A program made the translations under genes and the position numbers. From Octopus sinensis (Eukaryota): a stretch of DNA of 64,000 bases. Under the pieces are notes generated by a model. That model did no database searches. It was not told the DNA's origin and saw only the letters and a list, made by a program, of their open reading frames with translations. The stretch is taken from positions 12,338,001-12,402,000 of the forward strand of contig NC_043003.1 in NCBI RefSeq assembly GCF_006345805.1, written 5' to 3'. Positions 24,687 to 37,214 of the stretch are shown piece after piece; positions within the stretch are counted from its first letter, which is position 1; every line of letters starts with the position of its first letter.

Positions 24687-24918
24687 AGGCGGTGAGCTGG
24701 CAGAAACGTTAGCACGCCGGGCGAAATGCTTAGCAGTATTTCGTCTGCCGTTACGTTGTGAGTTCAAATTCCGCCAAGGTCGACTTTGCCTTTCATCCTT
24801 TCGGGGTCGATAAATTAAGTACCAGTTACGCACTGGGGTCGATGTAATCGACTTAATACCTATGTCTGTCCTTGTTTGTCCCCTCTGTGTTTAGCCCCTT
24901 GTGGGTAATAAAGAAATA
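24687..24918 (+). mobile_element. CORE-type SINE B, young full-length copy
   Basis: 14-bp TSD CGTATTATATTTGA at 24673-24686 and 24919-24932. CpGs are intact. Confidence 0.93.
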
Positions 24919-24939
24919 CGTATTATATTTGACTACAGT

Positions 24940-25405
24940 TTGAAAGGCTTAGAGACAAATACTTTCCTCTCTGGTCAACCTCTCATCAACTTTTTCAAGT
25001 ATTACTTGAAAAGGAAGGTGAGAGTAGAGAGAGAAGTTTTGTCTAATGAAAAGTTTTATAAAAGGTGTGTGAATATAGCAAAGAGGGTACACACAAATGA
25101 TAAACCACTTTGAGCATGACCCTATTGAACAAAAAGAGAAAGGCCGCTTTGCTCCCATAGTTTTTTCCGAAGTTACTGTGTTTTTTTTCCATTGGTTTTT
25201 TTTTCCATGGATAACCCTAGTTAGTGTTATATTTTCTCCCCCTTTTGGGAATTTCTGTTGTTAAAACGTTGCCTTGTTATCTCTTTGTGTACATGTCCCA
25301 AAACGTTTTTGATCCCTATTGATCGGTTTTGGAAAGAAAAATTCTACATTGTATTGTCCCCTCTGTGTTCATCCCTGTGTTGTTTAATAAAGAAATCTAT
25401 ATTTG
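24940..25405 (+). mobile_element. L1/Tx1-like LINE 3' fragment
   Basis: Reads GLETNTFLSGQPLINFFKYYLKRKVRVEREVLSNEKF, resembling L1/Tx1 ORF2 C-termini. A T-rich UTR ends in AATAAAGAAAT. Confidence 0.55.
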
Positions 25406-25424
25406 GCTACAATGTGTGTATGAA

Positions 25425-25602
25425 GGGTTGCTGAAAAGTTCCTGGCTTTGGCTAAAAGAAAATACTGGAGGATCAGTTGATTATGATTTAATCCAACATC
25501 AATCAATAAGTGTATGAATCTGCTGCAGTGGCTCTTCACTCCTTCTAATCCCCGAAAAGAACTTGGGAGGCTGGGTTTCTAACCAGGCCTTTTATGATAC
25601 CC
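25425..25602. mobile_element. mariner-type MITE, one end missing
   Basis: GGGTTGCTGAAAAGTTCCTGGCTTT left TIR. The body matches 41243-41455. Confidence 0.7.
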
Positions 25603-27205
25603 ATCCATGTTAAGTTGGATATAAAGATTACCTTTTGGTACTAATAGTGCTTCAGTCATTTATAATTATTTTTTTAATAAGCCTTCTGGATATTTGAGAA
25701 TATATATGGAATATCAGTCACTGATATTCCATATACCATAACAGCAAGAATTTGCTGGTATGCAGTCACTGGATGCCTGTCACTGATGAAGTGCAGTACA
25801 CTGAAATCAAGTGATCTAGCTGTTCCAGTAACTAGATTATTTTCATCTGCTATGATAAAAACCTGTGCTTTTATGCACCATGCTTCTATGAGAGGCCATC
25901 TCAAAGTAAATACCACTGAATTCAGCATTTTAACAAGACATCCATTCTGAGTTGGTTATAAAAGATTGCTTTTGGTACTAACACTGCTTCCATTGCGAAT
26001 AATTACTTCTTATAATACTCATTATTGAAATCTAAAGATCAAAATATTTTAGTGATATAATTGCTGAGAGACAGGCATTGCTGTGTGATTAAGAAGTCTT
26101 CTTCATTACCTCATAGTTTAAGGTTTGTTCCCTTTGATAGTACTGTGGACAGACATCCTTTACTATGGCTTCTGACTGACATATATCTTATTGTATGTGT
26201 GTGTTTGTCTTCACGTTGTCTTGACACGGTTTACATAGGTCATTCTTAATATACATAGTGTTGAGTCATTGTTTACAATCTGCTATGAAAGCACCTGATC
26301 ATGTTGTTCAAAGGACTGGAGAAAATATTTACCTTATTCGGAAACAGGTGAGCAATGGTAACGAGAAGAGCATTTGGTTATAGAAATCTGCCTTAACATG
26401 TTTAATCCGATCCATGCCGACATGGAAAAGTAAATGTTGAAATGGTGGTGCTGATTATGAGGATAATGAAAATGTGCAAAATATAGACATTTAAAAAAAA
26501 AATCTATTTCTTAATTTATTCTTCTGTCTGGTTGGAATCATTGGTTGATATCATATAGAATATCAATGTGAAAAACAAGATTAAGCTGTAGTCAAATAAA
26601 GAAATAAATAGATTGAACTCAGAGTTCAGATATAAACTGTCTTTCCTCTTTTTGCATAGTACATATATTATTAGTCATTGTCAATACTAGTTTCAGTGGA
26701 AATGTACAAGGAATTAAAAAAAAAAAAGGATATATGAACCAAGTCTCCCATCACATCATATAAAACCACCCTCAGAACAAAAAGAAATTATAAGCATAGG
26801 ATTGTTTTAAGTTTAAAGTAACAATGAAAAATGTATATATTTCTGTGTAACATTTAATGTCATGTTAAAAAGTTTTTCAGACCATGAGTTCAGTGACATA
26901 TATTTCATCTGCTTATTAACAATCTTCAGGAAGTAGCATAGTTCAGTGACATATATTTAATCTACGAATCAACAATCTCTTTCGGAAGTAATATAGTTAT
27001 TTAGTGTAATTTTCCACGGTTTTTATTATTTTCATTATTAAAGTTTCAAAACGTAGACAAAACATTTTAACGTCTGTTTTCCGTGCTGGCATGGGTTGGA
27101 TAATTTGACAGAAACTGGCAAGTTAGAAGATTGCACTAAAACCTTTTTAATTGTTTCAGTTATTAGACATAGGCCATACTGGAGCACTACCTTGAAGAGT
27201 GCAGT

Positions 27206-27460
27206 CAGTAGTTCTTAATCAGGGTTCACATGACCCTTGGGGATCCATATATAAGATTTTATTGTTAAGATTTATGTGCAATAAACTGGCTATACTTCTA
27301 CAAAATACAAAATATTTTAATTTTTTTTCTTTTATACAATTTCTAATAATATTTAATTACAAAAATATGATAGGATTCTTTAAATATCAAATGGTTACAA
27401 GGGTCCACCTGAGTGAAACAGGAATCAAGGGGTTCCACAAGAAAAAATGGTGTTGGTTTC
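27206..27460. mobile_element. Possible hAT-type MITE remnant
   Basis: Begins CAGTAGTTCTTAATCAGGG, resembling hAT CAGTGGTTCT termini. The right end is not recognisable. Confidence 0.35.
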
Positions 27461-27637
27461 TTTACATCCCCATAACATAGGTCAGCAAAAGAAATCGATA
27501 GAATAAAATGCCAGATTTTAAAAATATGAACTAGGATCAATCATTTTGGCAAAACCTTTCAAAGCAGTGATCCAGAATGGCCACAGTCCAATGACTGAAA
27601 TAAGTAAAATATATGAATTAATTCATAGAACGTTAAT

Positions 27638-27910
27638 CATCATCATCATCATTGTCGTCGTTTAACATTCGTTTTCCATGCTAGCATGGGTTGGACGGTT
27701 TGACTGGGGATTGGCAAGCCAGGAGGCTTTACCAGGCTCCAATCTGATCTGGCAATGTTTCTACAGCTGGATACCCTTCCTAAAGCCAACCACTCTGAGA
27801 GTGTAGTGGGTGCTTTTTACATGCCACCGGCACAGGAACCAGTCAGGCGGCACTGGCATCAGCCACGTTTGGATGGTGCTTTTTATTTGCCACCGGCATG
27901 CAGAGCACGG
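27638..27910 (-). mobile_element. RTE LINE 3'UTR fragment
   Basis: (CAT)n followed by CATGCTAGCATGGGTTGGACGG... Confidence 0.8.
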
Positions 27911-29740
27911 TTAACAATTCTAACAAAAACAAAAACAATGAGAAAAAAAAGGCGAGTAAATAACCAAAAGGGAATGTTTTAATAGACAAAACAGCAAAGA
28001 AATAAATAAATATGACCCTCAAAATACAACAGTTCCAAACATGTTATTTATTCTAGTAAGAGACATATAGACTTATTTTGGACTGTGTCTTGATGGGCAA
28101 ATGTAAACACACACAGAAGCCTGTTAAGTGATGCAAACAGGAAAAACAGAGTTCAAAACATGAATATTAACTTTATACATATAAATATTAGCTTTACACA
28201 CCCACACAGAATGAGGTTCTACAGCATTTCTATTTACCAAATTCACTCATACAGCATTGAGCAGCCTGAGGCTGTAGTAGAAGGTGCTGTGCATTGGAAC
28301 TGAACTTGAAACCGTGTGGTAGCAGAGAGCAAGCTTCATAACCACACAGCTATAGTATAGGTGCCTGCACCTATAGTCAAGTATTTTACACAGAACCAAA
28401 CGAACAAAGAAAATAGTTATTATTTTCTAATTTGTTTTGATTTGTTTAATGATTGGTGACTAAGATTGACTAAATGAAAATAATAAATATCTAAAATATG
28501 TTTACAATGCTTTGCACACTTCTAATATCAATTTGTAGATAGAGTGATAGCTATAAGTCATCAAACGACAGCATCAGCTGTTATATTTTCCTTATTGTCT
28601 ACAGACTTTCCGTCATTTCACTTACCTTACAAGTTATTGATCAATTTTTCCTTTGATGAAGCTATTGGTTATCACTGATTGGAGCAGACCGTTTTATATA
28701 TCTTTTATTCACTGAGTCATGTAATGTAGGATGCGTGATGCACTGGTCTATAAATACGCATGCACGCATAAACACACATGGCACACACACACACAGATTT
28801 AAGCACTATTTACCTATTCCGGTAATAGTCATATGTCTATAATATCGACTAACTGCAATATCCGCTCCACATAATAATTTTGTTATACTCTCATGGAGAA
28901 CCAAATTATGTCTAATGTGATAAATCTATTTTAACCAGTTATTTACTTGCCATCATATATTTACCAAAATATGTGCCCTTGGGTACTTCAGTCTAAGTTA
29001 CTTTTCTTAGATCAAGACACAGTCCAAAATAAGCCTCTTACTAGAATAAATAACATGTTTGGAACTGTTGTATTTTGATAGTCATGTTTTTTTCTTTGTT
29101 TGCTGTATGTTTTGGTTATTTATCCGCCTTTTTTTCTCATTGTTTTTGTTAGAATTGTTAGCACACTGAGTGAAATGCTAAGCAGTATTTCGTCTGTCTT
29201 TACATTCTAGGTTCAAACTCCACCGAGGTCGACGTTGCCTTTCATCCTTTCGGGGTTGATAAATTAAGTACCAGTGAAACACTGGGGTCGATGAAATTGA
29301 CTAGTCCCCTCCCCCCAAATTTCAGGCCTTGTGCCTATAGTAGAAAGGATTATTTTAGCTCCCATCGTTAACATTAATCAGTGGACAAATCACAAGAGCA
29401 TGATGAAAGTATCTGAAGGTAGAATTAACATAAGTAATAATCATTTCTTATATAGGCTCAGGGACTGAAATTTGGGGGAAAGAGGCCAGTTGATAGCATA
29501 GACCCCAGTGCTTAACTAGTACTTATTTCATCAGCTCTGAAGGGAGGAAAAGCAAACTCAACCTGGCAGAATTTGAACTCCATTTTTATGTTCTTAAAGG
29601 TGAACAAAGTACTACTACGCATTTTGTTCACCTTGTTAATGATTCTGCCAGATTGCCACTTTTAACATAATGATAATGATAATGAATTCAAATTTTTGGC
29701 TCAAGGCCAGCAATTTGGGGCCAGGGGTTATGTCGATTAT

Positions 29741-29870
29741 ACTGGTACTTACTTTATCAACCTTGGTGTTGAACTGGTACTTATTTTATCGGCCCCCAAT
29801 GTTCAGCTGGTACTTAATTTATCAACTCCAGTGTTCAAGTGGTACTTATTTTATTGACCACAAAAGGATT
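29741..29870 (-). repeat. Four ~32-bp tandem units inside a degenerate SINE B
   Basis: CTGGTACTTA(A/T/C)TTTAT units start at 29741, 29773, 29806 and 29838. Confidence 0.85.
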
Positions 29871-29988
29871 GAAAGTAAAGTTGACCACAGCAATATTTAA
29901 ACTCAGAATGTAAAGTCAGAAAAAACTGCTTAGTACTTTTTCTGGCGCAGTAACAATTCTGCCAGCTTGGTGCCTTTAACATAAATAA

Positions 29989-30352
29989 TAACAAGAGCAC
30001 TCAGAGGGTGTCAACCTCTGCCACGGCAACCTCAACATCCTCTCAACAATTAGCCAGAGATGATTTTTAAAGAGAATATCTGAAATAAACTCAACTGCTC
30101 TTACTAAAATGCTAAAAATGAACCTGACCGCTCTCAAAAATTAAGTAAAAAAAACAGGAAACATAATCCAGAATCCTTGTCCGGTACTGGATCAATCCCA
30201 AAATCTAATCAGTTCGTGCCAGTCACATGGCCAAACACCCCTGAAAGTTTCATCTGAATCCATCCTGTGGTTCTTGAGATATCTTGTCCACAGACAAACA
30301 AACAAACACAACTGAAAACAATACCTCTGCCTTCGCTAAAGTGGAGGTAATA
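29989..30352 (+). mobile_element. Helentron-type non-autonomous element (HINE/DINE-like)
   Basis: 5' AACAAGAGC with a sub-terminal ACCTCTGCC (30014-30022). (CAAA)n microsatellite. 3' stem-loop TACCTCTGC-N10-GTGGAGGTA (30322-30349). Confidence 0.65.
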
Positions 30353-30874
30353 ATGGTTTCTAAGTTAGGCAGAAAACCATCAATTTTGAGGGAAGGTACT
30401 GGTGTCTCTGTGTCTGTATTTATTTATTGAGCAAATCCAGAACCAACTTAACTTAACCAAAATAGGATAATATATGTTTCCATAAACAGTTTGTGATGGA
30501 ATCTGTTGGCAAACATATACAAGAATATGGAAATAACACATCTGTAGTTTTTGCTTGGTAATTGTTTCTTAAAGACATGTTTTCTGTATCATTCAGGATT
30601 TGTTCCTTTAGAGAATTACATTCAGAGGTAGCCTTTGGTAAATGATGCAGTTCTATATTTCTAAAATAAATATTGTGCTGTATATATTTTCAAAGATAAT
30701 TGAAGTATTTTTGGACTTGCAAACCTTCTGGATATATGCTTCTTTGTATTGATGCAAGTGTGGCTCTGTAGATTTTTACAACCAATGGCATCCATCAGTA
30801 ATTGAATTAAATGGCAATTGTTATGTTCATATATTTTCAAGAGTGTAAAGGATATAAGTGAAATAAAACAAGTA

Positions 30875-31595
30875 CAGGCATCCCTTGCTTTCCTACAGAA
30901 TTCTGTTTTTGAAAATCTTATTGCAAAACCTATTTTCCCCATTGTGGTTTCATGTTATATAAATTAAAATGCATTCCTAAAGAATTTTTTGAGGACCTCC
31001 CCACCAACCCAAATCATGCAACTACTTTTATGCATAAAAATAACAATTCTTAAACACCCTGGATACTGTATTTATACAAAACACATGTGAAGAGAAACAT
31101 GTCAAGGAACAAATAAGAATGCAGTTTTATCGTGGTAAAGTACATTCTCACCACAAAAGATGTTGACTGCTGTGTGATGGGAGGTGGTAGAATGGTAGTT
31201 GCAAGCAGGAAGAGGGGCACCGTCTTCTGCCTTGTAGAGCATCATCATCGGTATCTGCTTCAAGGGTGAAGAACTTATTCAGATGTGTTAGCTATTTATG
31301 GTGCCACATCATGATGTATAGCTCAGTGCAGCAACTGAATTTGTTATGAACTCCTTTTGTAATGTTTCTCTGATTAAGATCATTATCAGCAAAGACTTCC
31401 AGATTTTTCTCTTTAAGCACCAGCTTTTTAGTCATATTCTTCACAGTTAACTGAAGTAAGTGGAGCTTCTGTAACCTCATATTGCTCAAAAGCTTGCTCT
31501 TGTTTAAAGAATATCAACTTCTTAGACAAACTTTTTCAGTGGTACTCTATCAACTCATCCACATCGCCTTCTGTGATTTCTACAAATCTTATATC
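30875..31595 (-). mobile_element. Tigger/pogo-type DNA transposon 3' remnant
   Basis: TA|CAGGCATCCC terminus at 30875. The minus strand reads GFVEITEGDVDELIEYH*..LTVKNM..HLNKFF, like pogo/Tigger C-termini. It carries multiple stops. Confidence 0.65.
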
Positions 31596-31597
31596 AT

Positions 31598-31923
31598 TTG
31601 TTGTTGTTGTTGTTGTTGTTTATTCCTTCTTGAGCCACGCCTAGTTCATAAGGGCCAGTTTCCCAGTTTCCTTGGCATATAGGTTCCCCACCCACCTGGA
31701 TGGGACGCCGGTCCGTCGCAGGTGAGCTGCAAGATGCAGGAGGAAAGAGTGAGAGAAAGTTGTGGCGAAAGAGTCAGCAGAAGTTCGCCATTACCTTTTG
31801 CTGGAGCCACGTGGAGCTTAGGTGTTTCGCTCATAAACACTCACATCACCCGGTCTGAGATTCGAACCCACAATCCCTTGACTGCGAGTCCGCTGCTCTA
31901 ACCACTAGGCCATGTGCCTCCAC
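31598..31923 (-). mobile_element. tRNA-derived SINE with V-SINE-like central domain and (AAC)n tail
   Basis: Head GGCACATGGCCTAGTGGTTAGAGC..GGGTTCGAATC and central CCTGCGACGGACCGGCGTCCCATCCAGG. Confidence 0.8.
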
Positions 31924-31926
31924 ATA

Positions 31927-32134
31927 TCTTTTACTCTTTTACTTGTTTCAGTCATTTGACTGCGGCCATGCTGGAGCACCGCCTTTAGTCGATCAAATCG
32001 ACCCCGGAACTTATTCTTTGTAAGCCCAGTACTTATTCTATAGGTCTCTTTTGCCGAACCGCTAAGTGGCGGAGACGTAGACACACCAGCATCGGTTGTC
32101 AAGCAATGCTAGGGGGACAAACACAGACACACAA

Positions 32135-32167
<33 letters not shown>

Positions 32168-32338
32168 CATATATACGACAGGCTTCTTTCAGTTTCCGTC
32201 TACCAAATCCACTCACAAGGCATTGGTCGGCCCGGGGCTATAGCAGAAGACACTTGCCCAAGATGCCACGCAGTGGGACTGAACCCGCAACCATGTGGTT
32301 GGTTAGCAAGCTACTTACCACACAGCCACTCCTGCGCC
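31927..32338 (-). mobile_element. SINE family A, near full-length
   Basis: GGCGCAGGAGTGGCTGTGTGGTAAGTAGC..GGTTCAGTCCCACTGCG..internal (TA)n..GACTGAAACAAGTAAAAGAGTAAAAGA. Confidence 0.92.
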
Positions 32339-32880
32339 TATTTATTAGTGTCACAATATCTTGCAGAACCAGATGTAGACTTCATTCTGATGGGGGGGGG
32401 GATCTGAAGGTTTCTCTTCATCCTATGAATTGGCTACATTATCCATAATGTTGAATATTTCCCACTAGTCTCTCACTGTAGGTTTATCCTCCCTGTCAAT
32501 TACTTTTAAGAGTTATTTGAAAGTTCTCAGAAAAATATACCTTTTAGTTGGCTATCCTACTTCAAACTAGAGTGAAGAATCTGTGTTCTTGGGGATATAT
32601 CCAATTCTCTCATTATGAGAAAGGTCATTTAAGTTCACTGGGTGGTTTGGTGCATTGTCTAAATGAAGTAATACTTTGTTGGAAATATTATACCCGGCAG
32701 TCTACAACACAGTGGGAAAAGTTTGTATAATAGTTTTGTAGAAGATTCATAGTCATTCAAAGTCTTCTTATTTGAATGCCAAATTACAGGTAGATTCAAT
32801 GTAGCATAACCATTGAAAGCCCTTAGATTTTAACAGTCATACCTATGTAGGGGTTTTAATTTTGTATCACCATCACTATT

Positions 32881-33090
32881 CTTTTATTTGTTTCAGTCAT
32901 TTGACTGTGGCCATGCTGGAGCACTGCCTTTAGTTGAGCAAATTGACCCTAGGACTTATTCTTTGTAAGCCTAGTACTTATTCTATCGGTCTCTCTTGCC
33001 AAGCCGCTAAGTGACAGGGACGTAAACATACCAGCATCGGTTGTCAGGCGATGTTGGGGGACAAACACAGACACACAAACATATACTTAC

Positions 33091-33124
<34 letters not shown>

Positions 33125-33254
33125 GACGGGCTTCTTTCAGTTTCCGTCTACCAAATCCACTCACAAGGCTTTGGTTGGCCCGAGGCTATAGTAGAGGACA
33201 CTTGCCCAAGGTGCCATGCAGTGGGACTGAACCTGGAACCATGTGGTTGGTAAG
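32881..33254 (-). mobile_element. SINE family A, 5'-truncated
   Basis: Matches 31927-32338. Confidence 0.88.
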
Positions 33255-34335
33255 AGTTACTCTTGCACCATAGGTCATTAATGATATCACTTAACTGTAA
33301 GACGTGTGTGTTTCTGCATCTTTGCACTTTGTCAGCTATGTATATCGAGTTCATGGCAAATAAAGGCTCATTGCACTTAGAACAGTAAATGATATATTTC
33401 CTGGTGTGCAAAAAACTTTGAACTGGAGTTAATTAGAAGTGTACTAAGCAGCATTGAATGAAAAATAGTTATGTACAGTCATATTTAACATTGGACATAG
33501 AAAGATATTACATTGCACAAAATGTACACGAACACATTAAATATCATTGAAGATAGCTATATTTCATTTAACACTGCTTATTGCACCTCCATCCATCCAT
33601 CTATTGTTGAGTTATAACATAGAGTCCACTGATGATTTAGCAAGCTCAAACTTCAAAGTTACTGTCAATAGTGTTCTTGTTAAAGAATATATATGAATAT
33701 ATAAGAGAGAGAAGCGGGGAGAGGCTGTATCCTGAAGTTATGAATCATGCTTTACAATTTCTATATGTGAAGAATTCTATAACTGGAGTCTTCATTGCGC
33801 AAGGTAAGGTTGCATTGCTAAAAATCAAAACTAGGTTATGAACATGGTTTTTCAAGAACTTATCTTTATTCGGTAGAAACCATTAAATAAAAATGAATAA
33901 AATATACAGCTTAAAAACAACTGACATATTGATAAATAACTGCATGAACTCACAGAGGATTTTGTATTGAATTGAACTTAGTTTTTTCCAATACAGAGGG
34001 AAGTGAACTAGATATAATTCCCATTCAACAATTCTTGGAGTTTATTGCTGTGATAACGATACTGCTGTGATAACGAGTTCAAACCAATTAGTTGTCTCAT
34101 CACAATTATTGCATATTCTTTTTCTGTATTCCTGAAACAAAAAAGTTCAGATATTAATAAAAAAAAAAATAAAGCTAAAAAAAAAGAAACTCTCCAATCA
34201 ATACATTTAAGGGGTTTGAAGCCTGAATTTTCAAGGCAACAATTAAAGATGATAATTAATTTGTTTATTTTGATTTTAGAACTATGTTTGTTCTTGTGTA
34301 AGTTAAATGGTTTATCAAACTTTGTCACTAATGTA

Positions 34336-34696
34336 GGTGTAGGAGTGGCTGTGTGGTAAGTAGCTTGCTTACAAACTACATGGTTCCGGGTTCAGTCCCA
34401 TTGCGTGGCACCTTGAGCAAGTGTCTTCTACTGTAGCCTTGGGCCAACCAAAACCTTATGAGTGGATTTAGTAGACGGAAACTGAAAGAAGCCCATCATA
34501 TGTATGTTTGTGTTTGTCCCCCCAACATCGCTTGACAACTGATGCTAGTGTGTTTACGTCCCTGTAACTTAGCAGTTCAGCAAAAGAGTCTGATAGAATA
34601 AGTGCTAGGCTTACAAAGAATAAGTCCTGGGGTCGATTTGCTCGACTCCAGCATGGCCACAGTCAAATGACTGAAACAAGTAAAAGAGAAAAGAGT
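34336..34696 (+). mobile_element. SINE family A, near full-length
   Basis: Same consensus, with an internal deletion near the 3' end. Confidence 0.9.
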
Positions 34697-34893
34697 AATG
34701 TCATCATCATCTTTACCATAGCTGCTGCCTCCACTCTTTTCTCTTCTATACAAGTAATATATAGATCTTTATATTGTACTAAATCTATAGATTATCTAAG
34801 TTCAAAAAGCAAACCACTCTAACAATGGCTTAAAATTCCATCTGGCTCAAAAAAATCTCTTTTATTTACGCTTTTATATAAATACGAATATGA

Positions 34894-35232
34894 AGGAAAT
34901 ATGCTGAGCTGGTGGAACTTTGCCAAAAGAATGGGTGGCAACTAAGATGTAATGTTTAGACCAATCCCTCTTCAGAGCTTACAACATGTTTGGAGTCATA
35001 GAGACAGAAGGCCATCAGGTCAGTTGTGGAGACAGCAAAGGTTACTTCAAGGTGGCTGTGGTTCAGGAGTTGTGAGCCTTGCAAGAGGCAGTGCTGCCAG
35101 GGTTAGTGCTAATTGGACACAAGCTGTGGCTTGATCAAACCTGGTTGGGTTACCTGGGTAAAGATGTTTGATGCTGAAGGCCACAAAACTTCTAATGACC
35201 CCTGGAAACATCACTAATGATGCATCCAGGAA
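34894..35232 (+). mobile_element. Restriction-like-endonuclease LINE 3' fragment (HERO-like)
   Basis: Broken frames read RKYAELVELCQKNGWQLRC / QSLFRAYNMFGV / RQKAIRSVVETAKVTSRWLWFR, matching the HERO-type C-terminus as recalled. A short UTR follows. Confidence 0.7.
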
Positions 35233-35366
35233 TTTGAACTTAGTTTGAACTCTAAACTTGTAAATTCTTCAAAGCTCATATCATAATTTTATTAAGTATT
35301 TTAAATTTTGTCTGAAATAAATGATTGTGACAAGATTACATTAAGTATTTTTATATTTATGTTTTA

Positions 35367-35752
35367 CTTGTTCCAGTCATCAGTCTGTGGCCATGCTGGA
35401 GCACTGCCTTGTAGAATTTTAATTAAGTGAATCAATCCTAGTATTTTTAATTTTTTTTTTTGTAAAGCCTGTTACCTATTATTTTGGCCTTTTTTGCTGA
35501 ACAGTTATGGGGGTGTAAACATACCAACACTGGTTATCAAGCAGCAGTGGGAGACAAACACATACACAAAAATACACACACACACACATATATATACATA
35601 CAATGGGCTTCTTTCAGTTTCCATCTACTAAATCCACTCACAGGGCTTTGGTTAGCCTGGGATAATAATAAAACACACTTGCCCAAGGTGCCACACCATG
35701 GGATTGGACCCGGAACCATCTGGTTAAGAAGCAAACTTCTTACCACACAGCA
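35367..35752 (-). mobile_element. SINE family A (older)
   Basis: Family A body and tail, with CpG decay. Confidence 0.75.
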
Positions 35753-36261
35753 GTAATTTTTACTTAACTAATACTTTTAGCATTAACCTAATAAAATTGG
35801 TTCCTTTTTAAACTACCTCTTAGTTTTTTAAAAGCAACTATAAGGCTTCAGGTTTCATAACCTAGTAGTTACCTTTTAATTTATTTACTCTTGATCCAAA
35901 ATATCATAAGTTAGCTAGCATCTTAATTTTTTCTGCTTATAGATCTAAAGTGAATGTTGTTATTGAATACTTCAAATTATTGCTACAAGCAATTGTTGCT
36001 GCAGGCTCTTGTCACAATATTAGAATTTATCTTGTTAATGTTTCAAAAGCTTTTAAGCTATATAGCTAAAGAACAAAGATATCATCATTCTCTACTGGTT
36101 TCAGGTGTTTATAGTAAGAAAATATCTGATTAGTTCTTTCTTGTTACTGTTCTTCTATATATGTAATTCTTCCTTGTCTCATCTTATATTATTTCATTTT
36201 CTTCACATATGCTATCAAATGAATATACGTACACACACATATATATATATCTATCTATACA

Positions 36262-37105
36262 CATCATCATCATCATCATCATCATTTAACGTCCGCTTTC
36301 CATGCTAGCATGGGTTGGACGGTTCAACTGGGGTCTGGGGAGCCCGAAAGCTGCACCAGTCCAGTCAGATCTGGCAGTGTTTCTACAGCTGGATGCCCTT
36401 CCTAACGCCAACCACTCCGAGAGTGTAGTGGGTGATTTTATGTGCCACCGACACAGGTGCCAGACGAGGCTGGCAAACGGCCACGCTCGGATGGTGTTTT
36501 TTATGTGCCACCGACACAGGTGCCAGACGAGGCTGGCAGACGGCCACGCTCGGATGGTGTTTTTATGTGCCACCGACACAGGTGCCAGATGAGGCTGGCA
36601 AACGGCCACGATCGGATGGTGTTTGTTACGTGCCCACAGCACGGAGGCCAGTCGATGCGGTACTGGCTACGGCCACGTTCGGATGGTTTTCTTGTGTGCC
36701 ACGTGCCACCGGCACTGGTACCACAAAGATACAAATTCCATTGATGTTCATCTATTTTGATTTGTTTTGATTTTCACTTGCCTCAACAGGTCTTCACAAG
36801 TGTCACAAGAAGGAAGGTAAGCACAGGTGGACTGACTACGTCCCAGGTAAGGGCCACGGGTTATGGCCTGACTAGTCTTGCCGGGTCTTCGGATGGTGTT
36901 TTTATGTGCCACCGACATAGGTGCCAGATGAGGCTGGCGAACGGCCACGATCGGATGGTGTTTGTTACGTGCCCACAGCACGGAGGCCATTCGATGCGGT
37001 ACTGGCTACGGCCACGTTCGGATGGTTTTCTTGTGTGCCACCGGCACTGGTACCACAAAGATACAAATTCCATTAATGTTCATCTATTTTGATTTGTTTT
37101 GATTT
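36262..37105 (-). mobile_element. RTE LINE 3' end with internal 62-63-bp tandem repeats and a ~220-bp duplicated block
   Basis: (CAT)n tail. Units start at 36440, 36503 and 36565. Block 36550-36773 is repeated at 36889-37105. 36774-36888 matches the region near 4750-4880. Confidence 0.85.
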
Positions 37106-37173
37106 GATTTTATATATATATACATACACACACACACACATATAAAGATGAGTGTATTTTTGCCTTGTTAACA

Positions 37174-37214
<41 letters not shown>

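Noticed and set aside
29741-29870. CRISPR-like array of short repeats with variable spacers
   Set aside because: The units are a slippage expansion of the SINE B segment between its two ATCGACCCC motifs, 32 bp apart. The context is eukaryotic and there are no cas genes.
31860-31923. tRNA gene
   Set aside because: It has A/B boxes but no acceptor-stem closure, and it continues into a SINE body and tail. The same holds for the other SINE heads.
33300-33411. YCSKCNEPL motif resembling a piggyBac Cys-rich tail
   Set aside because: The motif is too short, the remaining Cys/His residues are absent, and no termini were found.
33740-33803. Possible coding first exon MNHALQFLYVKNSITGVFIAQ with donor AAG|GTAAGG
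   Set aside because: The phase-1 donor is incompatible with the expected phase-0 next liprin exon. I recognise no homology, and such donors arise by chance.
36286-37092. Cluster of overlapping 70-118 aa repetitive ORFs
   Set aside because: They are a by-product of the GC-rich tandem units in the RTE 3'UTR.
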